A stretch of DNA of 64,000 nt from Promethearchaeota archaeon (GCA_019894975.1 JAGXNO010000015.1:1-64000); one strand, 5' to 3'; shown: positions 39,680-50,167, numbered from the stretch's first letter. The notes: generated by a model not told the origin, from the sequence alone. Numbers and translations: made by a program.

Positions 39680-39813
39680 TGGATCTTACGATTTGGAGGA
39701 TTCAAAAAGATATCAGTTTCAAAAACTAATTTTTATTTAAACCCCGTGACGTGACTGAAAAACCCGTAAACTGAAAAAACTTTTTAACAAAAATTCCTCC
39801 TAAGTATGATCCA
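39680..39813. ncRNA. Putative structured ncRNA (rod-like hairpin)
   Basis: Nested helices TGGATC/GATCCA, GGAGGA/TCCTCC, AAAAAG/CTTTTT and TCAGTTT/AAACTGA in an ORF-free intergenic region. Confidence 0.45.
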
Positions 39814-39889
39814 CCCTTTTTTGATTTTAGAAATAAAGTAATATTAGTATAATATTTTCATTGAAAGAAAATGAAGGTTTAAAATCTAT

Positions 39890-41095
39890 TTAATTCATTT
39901 TTTCTTGATAATAGGTAAACACTTCGCTAAAATATTTATCAGACATACCTGCGATATAATCTCTTACAATTAAAGTTAATTTATTAGTTTCTTTAAGAGG
40001 TTGATAATAAGTCATAAATTTTTGATCATCAATATATTCAATATGGTCTCTAAAAATGGGAGAATCATGATTGTCTTCTTCTAAATCGGCCAAACACATA
40101 CTAAATATAAGATTGAACTTTTTCTTCAATATATCTACAAAGGTCTTATCAGTTAGATTTTTTTTAAACAGATCTCTCCTTGTATATATTTTCTCATAGT
40201 TAAAAGCTTTAAGTTCCTTTAATGCTTCAAAAATCTCACCAGAATACCCAATAACATCATTATCAAGGCTATAATTTAATAAGTCTGTTATGAGAGTATT
40301 AATTATCTTAGCATTTGTATCACCTAATATTCTTTTACATACATCAGGAATTTGGTCACGAGATATGAGTTTTAATAATATTGCATCTTCAATATCTCTA
40401 CCAATATAACTTATTGTATCTGCAAATCTTACCGCAATTCCTTCGTAAGACATGGGTATCCTTGATATTTGATTTTCATTAATACAATCGTTATATTCTA
40501 TCAAATGAGTTTCCCAAGTCTTTCCATTTCTTTTGAATGGTTTTAATTTTTGTTCATTAACTTCACCATCATGGCAAAGAATACCATCTAAAACTTGTAG
40601 AGTTAAGTTTAATCCTTTAGCAGGCTTATCTGGGAATTTTCTTTCCAGGTAAGAAAGCCATCTTATCCCTTGGGCATTATGACTAAATGTTCCCATCTTA
40701 AAATCCTTGCTTATTTCAATTAATATTTCCTCACCAAGATGCCCAAACGGAGAGTGTCCTATATCATGTCCTAATGCTATTGCTTCTATTAAATCTGTGT
40801 TTAGCCTTAAAACGCGACCAATTTGCCTACTAACTCTGGATACTAAAGTTACATGAAGAGATCTATGGGTGATGTTTGCATTATTTATATCAAAGAAAAC
40901 TTGAGATTTATCAATGTATCGGCTAAAAGCCTTTGAATGAACAATCCTATCTACATCTCTAAAGAAGGGAGGTCTTATATCTTCGCTTTCATCTTTATAA
41001 TATCTATGTGCTTCTGAATCTAATATCCCATGAATCCCAACATTTACATCCCTTTTCATTCTTGTTTGTAGTTGTTCCGTAGTTTTCTTATTCAT
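39890..41095 (-). CDS. HD-domain dNTP triphosphohydrolase (dGTPase-like)
   Basis: FFRDVDRIVHSKAF, THRSLH, GHDIGHSPFGHLGE, ADTISY, RDYIAGMSD. Confidence 0.92.
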   Translation of the reverse strand: MNKKTTEQLQTRMKRDVNVGIHGILDSEAHRYYKDESEDIRPPFFRDVDRIVHSKAFSRYIDKSQVFFDINNANITHRSLHVTLVSRVSRQIGRVLRLNTDLIEAIALGHDIGHSPFGHLGEEILIEISKDFKMGTFSHNAQGIRWLSYLERKFPDKPAKGLNLTLQVLDGILCHDGEVNEQKLKPFKRNGKTWETHLIEYNDCINENQISRIPMSYEGIAVRFADTISYIGRDIEDAILLKLISRDQIPDVCKRILGDTNAKIINTLITDLLNYSLDNDVIGYSGEIFEALKELKAFNYEKIYTRRDLFKKNLTDKTFVDILKKKFNLIFSMCLADLEEDNHDSPIFRDHIEYIDDQKFMTYYQPLKETNKLTLIVRDYIAGMSDKYFSEVFTYYQEKMN

Positions 41096-41212
41096 AATTT
41101 AAAATACCCTTTTCTAAATTAAATACAAACAGTATTTAATATAAGATTAGTACTACAATAATTAAGGTTTTTCTTACTTCTAATTACCAATTAAGAAATT
41201 CTATTACTCAAA

Positions 41213-42160
41213 TTAACCAAATTTCATATCAATAGCATTATAAGGACACTTTTCTTTACATTTCAAACAAAAATTGCATTCCCCATTTCCAGTAAAAAAT
41301 TCAAAGGGTTCATCTAATATTCGAATTTGTTTTGGGCATACTTTTTCACAAATTCCACACTCTGTTCTTCCTACACATCTTACTGGATTTCGGGATAACT
41401 TTAAAAAAGAATATTCTGATATTACTGAGGATACAGCAGCAAAGGGGCAAAAATACCTGCAATAAACCCGAGGATACCATACGGATAAGATAATTAAGGC
41501 TATGTAAAAGAAAAAAATAATGAATGTCAGAAAGCTTGAAAATAAAGGTTGTAAACTTCCTGTGACAATCATATCTTTAATCATATTAGGAAAGAACACA
41601 AATATATATTCAGAAAGAGAGAAATATCCCATTGGATTTTTTCCAAAATCCCCTAAATTAGCCCGATAATCTAAGTAAAAATCATAATTGGTCGTTGCAG
41701 TAATCCCCAGAGGAATAATAAGGATAATTATTAATACTACAAAAATATACTTAATTTTTAATAATGAATTATGAGTACTGATTTTTAACCTCTTTTTATT
41801 TGTTGGAACCGCAGCACAAACATCTTGAATTGTACCAATTGGACATATCCATCCACAAAAAAATCGATTTGTAAATAGGAGTACCAATACTAATAATGCT
41901 ATAAGAAATAATGGAAAAATTCCTTCAATAATTGAGTAGAATATCATCTCTAGAATTCCCGTTCCGTTTGATATCGGATTTTTTGGGGCATTTAAAACGG
42001 GAAGAACTTTTAGGAAAGCATCAAGACTGATTAAATTTAATACAAAAAGTTGTTCTATTAAAATATAATTTATTACGATAAAAGCAATGATTTGAACGAT
42101 ACGTCTAATCGTTGTCGTTCGACGATTTTTTATTTCCGATAGTAAGCTTTTAATATTCAA
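41213..42160 (-). CDS. Membrane 4Fe-4S binding protein (NapH/MauN-like)
   Basis: RFFCGWICPIG, YCRYFCP, CGICEKVCP, CNFCLKCKEKCP. Confidence 0.88.
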   Translation of the reverse strand: MNIKSLLSEIKNRRTTTIRRIVQIIAFIVINYILIEQLFVLNLISLDAFLKVLPVLNAPKNPISNGTGILEMIFYSIIEGIFPLFLIALLVLVLLFTNRFFCGWICPIGTIQDVCAAVPTNKKRLKISTHNSLLKIKYIFVVLIIILIIPLGITATTNYDFYLDYRANLGDFGKNPMGYFSLSEYIFVFFPNMIKDMIVTGSLQPLFSSFLTFIIFFFYIALIILSVWYPRVYCRYFCPFAAVSSVISEYSFLKLSRNPVRCVGRTECGICEKVCPKQIRILDEPFEFFTGNGECNFCLKCKEKCPYNAIDMKFG

Positions 42161-42330
42161 AAAATACCACTAAACACTTCTTTAACAAATTTAATTAATA
42201 CTGGTTAAAAAAATTAATTCTTCTCTTAAGAAATTTCAAATGTAGAAAAAGAGTTGATATAACTTAAGAGAAGAAATAGTATACATTCTCTTAATTTAAG
42301 CAATAATACTTACTTTGCTAAAGAAGTAAT

Positions 42331-44241
42331 TTATTTAAGAAGGATTGTTTCTAAATTTGTTGGGGATTTTGTTTGTTTCCTTAGTTTCTTATGAATCATT
42401 GTTGATAAACTCACACATTTGGATGCTTCACCGTGATTAGTTATTATAGATTTAGGTCGTGGTTGAATTCTTCTTAAAAATTGAGATATTTGACTCCGTG
42501 AAGAATGTCCCGAGAATCCTTCCAAGGTAAATACTTTTAGGTTTATTTTTACTAATTGAGTTCGACCTTTTGCATCAACATAAGTAAATTCCCGAAATCC
42601 CTTTATTAATCTTGAACCTAGAGTCCCGTTAACTTGATAAGACACGAAAATAAGTGTATTCTTTGGATCATTTGCTAACTCTCTTAAATATTGCACGGAT
42701 GGGCCACCAATAAGCATCCCACTCGTAGCTAAAATAATGCAAGGTCCTCCTTTTATGATATCCAACCTTTCTTCCTGAGCAGAAACTGTTTCGAAATAAT
42801 CGCTTAAAAAAGGATTTTTCCCTTGATGTAATATTTTTTCCCTCAGATCACTGCTAAGAAAATCGGGATTAGCTGTATGTATCGCAGTAGCTTCACTAAT
42901 TAATCCATCTATAAAAATAGGTACTTTGTCAATAAACCCTTTATTGATATATTCTTCCAAAACAACCAATAATTCTTGAGCGCGTCCTACGGCTAGAACT
43001 GGAACTAATACCTTTCCACCTCTTTTAAGTGTGGAATTTAATATCTGTTTTAGTTCTTTTTCAGATTCTTGTCTACTTGGAATTCGATCTTGAGGTCCAC
43101 CATAAGTTGATTCTATTAATAAACTTTCTACTCTAGGAAACTTTACAGCTGCTTTTTCTAATAATCGAGTTTTTTGATATTTAAAATCACCGGTATAAAC
43201 AAAATTATAATCTCCTTTGCCAAAATGTAAATGAACCATCGATGATCCTAGAATGTGTCCTGAATTATGTAATGTTAATTTAATATCAGGGGCAATATCC
43301 GTAACTTTACCCCATGAAAGGGGAATTGTATGAAGAACTGTTTGTTTAACATCTCTTTTTGAATATGGTAAAGGGGATCCTTCTTTCTCACAGATTTGAA
43401 TGAAATCTAATTGTAACATAGTAGCTAAATTTCTCGTAGGTAATGTACAATAAACAGGCCCACGATATCCGTACTTATAAAGAAAAGGAACAAGACCACA
43501 ATGATCTAAATGAGCGTGAGAGATTATAACAGCGTCTAAATCTCTTAGAGAAAATTCAGGAACGTCAAAATATGGAAACTTATCATGTGGGCTTCCTACA
43601 TTTAACCCTACATCTAGTAGTACGCTACTATCTCTAGTTTGCATTAATATACAAGATCTTCCAACTTCACGAAAACCTCCTAATGCAGTTAATCGTATAT
43701 TTAAATCTTTGAATAATGGAGGTCTATGAATTCTTTTGCCAATTCTTAAAAGAATATCTTTTTGAGTTTGTCTTTCTTTTGTGAGCATACCTCTAATTAA
43801 CTGTATAGTGCGAGATGCAAGTGGAGGAGTTCTTATAGTTTTAGGCTGCCAAAAAGTGTTTGACCTGATCTCCTTTAAATTAACTCCTTTTTTACCGATT
43901 ACAAGCCCAGGTTTTACAGATTCAATTATGACCTCACCTCGTGTGTGATCGAACTCAATAGCTGAAATTTCTGCGTCCTCATTAATTAAATTTCTAATAT
44001 ACTCTTCAGTTTCAACGGGATCTTTACGTTTATCTACATTCCATCTAAAGACTACTCGCTTTCTCATGGTTTTAGCCAAGTCTTTTAGAATTGTAGAACT
44101 TTCGACCGCATCTACATCTGAATTCTCTGAATATACTGCAATTTCCGGACCCTCAAATTCAATTTTATTTACTTTTATATCAGCTGGTAGGATTTCAACA
44201 ATCTCATTTTTTATCCTTTCTAGTTCTCCTTCATAACTCAT
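42331..44241 (-). CDS. fttA: Beta-CASP ribonuclease aCPSF1 / transcription termination factor FttA
   Basis: N-terminal KH domains, LGGFREVGRS, SHAHLDH, GHILGS, ESTYG, GFSGHS, HGE. Confidence 0.96.
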   Translation of the reverse strand: MSYEGELERIKNEIVEILPADIKVNKIEFEGPEIAVYSENSDVDAVESSTILKDLAKTMRKRVVFRWNVDKRKDPVETEEYIRNLINEDAEISAIEFDHTRGEVIIESVKPGLVIGKKGVNLKEIRSNTFWQPKTIRTPPLASRTIQLIRGMLTKERQTQKDILLRIGKRIHRPPLFKDLNIRLTALGGFREVGRSCILMQTRDSSVLLDVGLNVGSPHDKFPYFDVPEFSLRDLDAVIISHAHLDHCGLVPFLYKYGYRGPVYCTLPTRNLATMLQLDFIQICEKEGSPLPYSKRDVKQTVLHTIPLSWGKVTDIAPDIKLTLHNSGHILGSSMVHLHFGKGDYNFVYTGDFKYQKTRLLEKAAVKFPRVESLLIESTYGGPQDRIPSRQESEKELKQILNSTLKRGGKVLVPVLAVGRAQELLVVLEEYINKGFIDKVPIFIDGLISEATAIHTANPDFLSSDLREKILHQGKNPFLSDYFETVSAQEERLDIIKGGPCIILATSGMLIGGPSVQYLRELANDPKNTLIFVSYQVNGTLGSRLIKGFREFTYVDAKGRTQLVKINLKVFTLEGFSGHSSRSQISQFLRRIQPRPKSIITNHGEASKCVSLSTMIHKKLRKQTKSPTNLETILLK

Positions 44242-44643
44242 AATTATTCACTTTTTTAATTAACGACTATTTGTTTTAAAGTAGTAAATTTAGAATATGA
44301 TCTATTGCTCATCTAATATATGTTTTAGTCAACTAATTCAATATGTCGAAATATATATTAATAACACTCGATATTTTATTTGGATATATGCTCTGATATT
44401 TGATAAACACTATTTTGAATAAATAGAATATCATTCTCTTACAATAAAATTCAATTAACGAAGAGAATTGTTTTTAGAATGAAGTACTTCTAAATTTCTA
44501 TGATAGATATAAATTAATCAAATAAAAACATTTTGATTATGAAAAAAACAAAGTTTAAGATAAAGAAAGAGTCTGAACTAATTTCCAAATGTGTTTTTTT
44601 TAAATTAGATATATTTTTTTGATAATATTGATTAGAATCAATT

Positions 44644-45276
44644 ATGAGTAAAATAAAAATTGGTGCTATTGCTTCCGGGTCTGGATCAAACTTTTTAGCG
44701 ATAATCCAATCATGTGAAGAAGGAATTTTAAAAGAGAAAGCTACCGTTGAAGTTTTAGTTTGTAATAAAGCAGGAGCTTTTTGTATGGAACGAGCAAAAA
44801 ATCATAAAATCCCTTATTTTTTGATTGAATCTGACAAACATCAAGGAACAAGAGAAGAATTTGACCAAAAAGTCATTGATGTTTTAGACAGGTATGGTTG
44901 TAATTTAATAGTCTTAGTAGGATATATGCGTTTTGTAAGTAAATTCTTCATAAATCATTTCAATGGCAAAATAATGAACATACACCCCGCACTTTTACCA
45001 AGTTTTAAGGGAATGCATGCACATGAGGATGCTATAGCTTATGGAGTCAAGGTTTCGGGTGTTACAGTCCATTTTGCTGATGTTCATGAAGATCACGGAC
45101 CAATAATTATACAGAAAGCAGTTCCAGTTTATGATACAGATAATAAAGACACTTTAGGAACGAGAATATTAAAATGGGAACATAAGGCTTTTCCAAAAGC
45201 AATAGAACTTTTCTGTGATGGACGTTTACATGTTGAAGGACGGATTGTTAAAATTGACGGGGAAGTTAAATTATAA
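44644..45276 (+). CDS. purN: Phosphoribosylglycinamide formyltransferase
   Basis: ASGSGSNF, GYMR, NIHPALLPSF, GVTVHF, GPIIIQ. Confidence 0.96.
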   Translation: MSKIKIGAIASGSGSNFLAIIQSCEEGILKEKATVEVLVCNKAGAFCMERAKNHKIPYFLIESDKHQGTREEFDQKVIDVLDRYGCNLIVLVGYMRFVSKFFINHFNGKIMNIHPALLPSFKGMHAHEDAIAYGVKVSGVTVHFADVHEDHGPIIIQKAVPVYDTDNKDTLGTRILKWEHKAFPKAIELFCDGRLHVEGRIVKIDGEVKL

Positions 45277-45293
45277 AATTTACTTTTTATTCA

Positions 45294-45394
45294 AGGGAAA
45301 TGATTTTAATGCGCTTTCTGACCCAACGGATTAAAACAGTTCTAAACTGTTATTAAAATGACGAAGATCTTGAGTAGCGAGAAATCATTTCCCT
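45294..45394. ncRNA. Putative structured RNA / 101-bp element closed by a perfect 13-bp inverted repeat
   Basis: AGGGAAATGATTT (45294-45306) / AAATCATTTCCCT (45382-45394) with further internal helices. Confidence 0.45.
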
Positions 45395-45488
45395 CCTTTT
45401 CCTACTATACCTTCAATAGCCAATAAACACTAAAGTTTTAATCCAAGTAAGAATAATTCCTAAATAATTATTTAGAAATCGTGTACAT

Positions 45489-47684
45489 TTGAGAATGCCT
45501 CGTAGAAAAGAAATCACGGAAATATTAAATTTAATGGAAAAAACTCAGAACATAAGGAACATTGGATTCGTTGGACACATAGACCACGGTAAAACCACAC
45601 TTTCTGATTCTCTTTTGAGTGAAGCTGGTTTTTTATCACCAGAATTAGCAGGTGAAGCTAGAGCATTAGATTTTTTGGAAGAAGAACAGCGACGTGGAAT
45701 AACAATGAAATCTGCAAATATCTCATTATATTATGAGAAATCTCTTGAGAACCAAGAACCTTTTCTTATAAATCTAGTTGATACACCAGGTCATTTGGAT
45801 TTCAGTGGAAAAGTAACTCGAGCCTTACGGTTGGTTGATGGTGTAGTGGTAGTGGTTGATGCTGTAGAAGAAATAATAACACAATCTGAAACTGTAATAA
45901 GACAAGCTTTACAAGAGGGAGTTAAACCGGTTCTTTTTATTAATAAGGTTGATCGTCTTATAAGAGAATTAAAGCTCTCAGATGAGGAAATTAAGAAAAA
46001 ATATATTCGAATTATAAAATCCTTTAACACTCTCATAGATAGATATGCAGATTCTCCATTTAACAAAAAATGGAAAGTTTCTCCATTAGCCGGCAGTGTA
46101 GCCTTCGGATCAGCCCTTCATGGATGGGGGTTTACCCATAATATATTAGAAAACAGCGATGTAAAATTCAAAGATATTAGAGAGCGATATAAGAAAGAAA
46201 CTTATACCAAGGAGAGTTATGCTGATTTACCCGTTTATTTACCCATTCATAAAGCTATTCTAGAAATGATTGTAGATCATTTACCAAACCCAAAAGAAGC
46301 TCAAGAATATAGAATTGGTAAAATTTGGGATGGGGATCTAAATTCTAACTTGGGAAAAGCAATAGTGAATTGTGATCCTAATGGTCCACTAGTAATATGC
46401 CTAAGCAAGGTTCAAGCGGATAAACATGGTTTAGTCGCCACAGGAAGAATTTTTTGTGGTAATTGTAGTAAGAAAAAAGAAATCTTTCTCTTGAATGAAA
46501 GCACTTATGAAACTATACAAAGAATTGCTATTTTTATGGGGCAACGAAGAGAACAAGTTGATAAAATCCCTGTAGGTAATATAGTAGCATTAGAGGGATT
46601 AAAACTAATACGAAGTGGTGAGACTATCATTGATAGCAATAACATTAATGAAATGGTTCCGTTTGAAAGTGTTAAATACATAACTACACCGGTTATAACA
46701 ATTTCGATTGAACCTGAATATTTAAGAGATTTGGATAAAATGAAAGAAATAGTTGAAAATATGTTAATTGAAGATCCAAATCTGAAATTCGAAATCAATG
46801 AAGAAACTGGAGAATTCTTATTGAGTGGAATGGGGCCATTACATCTAGAAGTTACGGCTAATGATATAGGAAAGAAAGGTGTAAATGTTTCCATTTCAGA
46901 ACCACGGGCAGTTTTCAAAGAATCATGTCGCCAGAAATCTTCTTTAATAGAAATTACAAGTCCTGATAATAAAAACGTATTAAAATTAAAGGTTGAGAGA
47001 TTAGATAGTAAAACTGTTGGATTTTTTCAAAACAGTGATTACAGAACTATAAAACCTTTTAGTGTATTGAAAGAAGTTTTAAAAGAAAATACAGGATTAG
47101 AGGATAGTGAGATTGAAAATTTCTGGGTATGCGATGAAGATCAAAATATTATTATATTTGAGGAAAGTAATGAGTTAGAGGAATTTTATAAAAATACAAT
47201 TATAGAAATAGTTGAAAAAATTAAATTAAACGGGCCTTTATGTGGCGAGAAACTTACCGAACTAAAAATAACGATTGAGGAATTGGTTATTGATACTACT
47301 CTGCAAGAAAGAGCATTCACAGAATTATCTGCAATGTTTTATGAAGCTATAAAAAGTGGATTAATTGAAGCAGAATTAATTCTTTTAGAACCTATATACC
47401 ATACAATCATACAACTTCCCCCCGATCATATTAAAAACACCGTTTCACTACTCTCAAAGTATTCTGCCAAGATTAAGAGTTTAGATCAAGAAAAAGAATA
47501 CCAAGCAATAATTGAAATCTTTTTGTCAGTCCGGAATTCAATTAAATTTGCTGAAGATATTCGAAGTTCGACTTCTGGAAAGGCGTTTTGGCAAAATGAA
47601 TTTTATGCATTCATGGAAGTTCCAAATCACGAATCTCAAAAATTGATTCAAGATATTAAGTTTAATAAAGGATTAATTTGGTAA
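45489..47684 (+). CDS. Elongation factor 2 paralogue (aEF-2p-like; no diphthamide HRG motif)
   Basis: GHIDHGKTT, RGITM, DTPGH, NKVD, SGMGPLHLE, LLEP. The domain IV loop reads IDTTLQERAFTEL instead of HEDxxHRG. Confidence 0.9.
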   Translation: MRMPRRKEITEILNLMEKTQNIRNIGFVGHIDHGKTTLSDSLLSEAGFLSPELAGEARALDFLEEEQRRGITMKSANISLYYEKSLENQEPFLINLVDTPGHLDFSGKVTRALRLVDGVVVVVDAVEEIITQSETVIRQALQEGVKPVLFINKVDRLIRELKLSDEEIKKKYIRIIKSFNTLIDRYADSPFNKKWKVSPLAGSVAFGSALHGWGFTHNILENSDVKFKDIRERYKKETYTKESYADLPVYLPIHKAILEMIVDHLPNPKEAQEYRIGKIWDGDLNSNLGKAIVNCDPNGPLVICLSKVQADKHGLVATGRIFCGNCSKKKEIFLLNESTYETIQRIAIFMGQRREQVDKIPVGNIVALEGLKLIRSGETIIDSNNINEMVPFESVKYITTPVITISIEPEYLRDLDKMKEIVENMLIEDPNLKFEINEETGEFLLSGMGPLHLEVTANDIGKKGVNVSISEPRAVFKESCRQKSSLIEITSPDNKNVLKLKVERLDSKTVGFFQNSDYRTIKPFSVLKEVLKENTGLEDSEIENFWVCDEDQNIIIFEESNELEEFYKNTIIEIVEKIKLNGPLCGEKLTELKITIEELVIDTTLQERAFTELSAMFYEAIKSGLIEAELILLEPIYHTIIQLPPDHIKNTVSLLSKYSAKIKSLDQEKEYQAIIEIFLSVRNSIKFAEDIRSSTSGKAFWQNEFYAFMEVPNHESQKLIQDIKFNKGLIW

Positions 47685-47700
47685 AAAAAGAATTTCATTA

Positions 47701-48438
47701 TTATTTAAATTTTAAAATTTGATCTTTTATTTCATAATTTGGAAGGATTAAACCAGCAAAACCCTTTTCTGCTGCCAATTTTGGCATGGCATATAAAATA
47801 CTTGTCTCTTCAGACTCTGAAATTGTTTTTCCTCCTAATTTTTGAATGACACCTAATCCTTCGACCCCATCTGAGCCCATGCCAGTCAAGATAATACCCA
47901 TAGCCCTATTTCTGTAAATTTTTGCTGCAGAATAAAATAATGTGTCTATTGAAGGCATACAATAATTAACTGGAGTACCTTTATAGATTTTTATACATGG
48001 TTTATTGTCTTTTACACTGATTTCCATATGGTTTTCACCAGGGGCAATATAAACTACTCCAGGTTGAATAAATTCCCCATTAGATGCAACTTTAATTTTT
48101 AAACTACATTCTAAGTTTAAATTATCAGAAAAAGCACTCATAAATTGCGCTGAAAGATGCTGAACTACTAAAATCGGTGCAAGGAAGTTCTTAGGTAGTT
48201 CTTTTAGTATAGTAGTTATCGTTCTAGGTCCACCTACACTAGCACCAATCACAATAATATTTGAGGTTAAAGAAACTCCTTTGATGGGAGTAAGATTTGG
48301 AGTATATGTTGATTTCTTATTTTTTTGAATAGTCAGCTGAGGTTTTTGAGATAGAGATTCATTAATTTTAGCAGATCTCCTACCACTTGATTTTGCTGTA
48401 GGTTTTACATCTAATTTTCCAATATTAGTGCGTAGGTT
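47701..48438 (-). pseudogene. cheB: CheB methylesterase catalytic domain + linker, lacking the receiver domain
   Basis: IGASVGGP, VQHL, PSID, ILTGMGSDG. The frame is open upstream to 48438 but holds no receiver domain and no ATG start. Confidence 0.8.
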
Positions 48439-49150
48439 TTAATACGGAAATAACAATGTTTTCAATTTCTAAAATCTCGTCTAGAACATGAGAAATATCA
48501 GGTTTATTTCTTTGGCTGATATAAAAGATTTCAAAATCATTTTTTAGAATTGCTTTTTCTAAAGATTCTGGTGCCGGATCAGTCCAGCAGATTCGACCAT
48601 TTTCATTCAAAGCTCGAAAAATTATATATAATCTTACTTTTTTAAATACACAAGTTTCTTCTAAGCGGATGTAAATTTTATAGGGCTTTTCTTGCTTATC
48701 GCCTAATATCTTTGTTATTTCACTTGTTGAAATTGGCTGAATAAAAGTTATATCATATTCTACCTCAAAAGTATCGAAACTTCCCTTTATGTCATCAACA
48801 AATTTATTGTCAATGTCAGTCATATCACCTTTTTTTACTTTTTTTATGACATTTCGAAGTACATCCAAGCTCTCAAAGAGCATATCAATAAAATTTGTAC
48901 GTTTTTTTGCTGATACTTTTTTATCTTTTGTATTATCCAAAAAGGTTTCAAAGTGATGACAAAATTTTGAAAGGTTTTCAAATCCTGCCATTGCTGTAAG
49001 ACCCTTTAACGTATGAAAAGTAAAAAAAAGTTCCTTAATTGGTTTAGGATTTTCTGGATTTTCTTCTAAATTTAGAATTGCATCCTCAGTCTTTTGAATA
49101 AGATCTTCTGCTTCACTTATAAAAAGCTTAATATCCTCGTTAGTTGCCAC
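48425..49150 (-). pseudogene. cheA: CheA N-terminal fragment (HPt + P2) without dimerisation, kinase or CheW domains
   Basis: FISEAED, LFFTFHTLKG, CHHFET and a P2-like VRLYIIFRAL segment; stops at 241 aa. Confidence 0.82.
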
Positions 49151-49176
49151 CTAATCACCCTTTTATTTATTATATA

Positions 49177-49572
49177 TTATTCTTTAGCTGTTTTCTTATT
49201 TTTTAGTATCCGATCCATTACTTCAAGTATTTGCTCACTCTTGAAAGGTTTTTGAATGAAATCTTTTGCACCCTTCTTAGCTGCTTCAAGAACTAAAGCT
49301 TCTTGTCCTAATGCGGATACAACGACGATTAATGCACCTGGATTAATTTTTAAGATCTCTTCAGTTGCTTCAATACCACCTTTTTCGGGCATTACTAAAT
49401 CCATAGTAACCAAATCAGGATTTAATTTTTTGTATAAGGATATTGCCTCAACACCATTAGCAGCTTCGCCTACTACTTCGATTGATTCGATTTTGCTAAT
49501 AATTGCTTTGAGCATATTCCTTGTGAAGGCTGCATCGTCAACAATCATAACCCTTTTTTTTTCGTTTGTCAT
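49177..49572 (-). CDS. cheY: Chemotaxis response regulator CheY
   Basis: IVDDAAF, PDLVTMDLVMP, VSALGQ, FIQKPF. Confidence 0.92.
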   Translation of the reverse strand: MTNEKKRVMIVDDAAFTRNMLKAIISKIESIEVVGEAANGVEAISLYKKLNPDLVTMDLVMPEKGGIEATEEILKINPGALIVVVSALGQEALVLEAAKKGAKDFIQKPFKSEQILEVMDRILKNKKTAKE

Positions 49573-49600
49573 TTAATCAACTCCATTTTTTATTTCAAAT

Positions 49601-50149
49601 TTAAATTTCTTTCAAAGACGATAAACCCTGTTGGACTTTAAATTCCTCAACTTCAATAAGAATCCTGCCTAAATCAAGCATAATTCTCGGTCTTTCTTTG
49701 AAGTTTATAACTCCCTTTATATAGTTCATAGCTACACTGGTTTGAAAAATCGGACTTAATTCTGTAATTTCATTGACCCCAATGTGATCTATATTTATAA
49801 TGCGATCTACATAAAATCCTACAAGGTTATTGTCTACTTTTAAAATAATTATGTATTTCTTGGTATTACTGTAATTTTCTTCTTCTTCTTCCTTAGAGGA
49901 TTTTTTGGAACGATACAACATATATTCATTTAGTTGTAATTTCTTTTTCAGATTGACTATATGTATGATTTCTCCTCTATAATTATAAATCCCATCTATG
50001 TACTCTAAGCTTTTTGGTAATTTCCTTATTTGGCCTGCTTGTATAATTTCTTTTACATCAACAAGGTTAATTACAAATTGCTCCCATCCAATCTGAAAAA
50101 TTAGGATGGAGACTTGGTCTATATTTTTATATTCCTGGTCTTGAATCAT
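49601..50149 (-). CDS. cheW: Chemotaxis coupling protein CheW
   Basis: VKEII, LPKSLEYIDGIYNYRGEII, VGFYVD, YIKGVI, MLDL. Confidence 0.88.
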   Translation of the reverse strand: MIQDQEYKNIDQVSILIFQIGWEQFVINLVDVKEIIQAGQIRKLPKSLEYIDGIYNYRGEIIHIVNLKKKLQLNEYMLYRSKKSSKEEEEENYSNTKKYIIILKVDNNLVGFYVDRIINIDHIGVNEITELSPIFQTSVAMNYIKGVINFKERPRIMLDLGRILIEVEEFKVQQGLSSLKEI

Positions 50150-50167
50150 TTTCTTTATACCTCTTTT

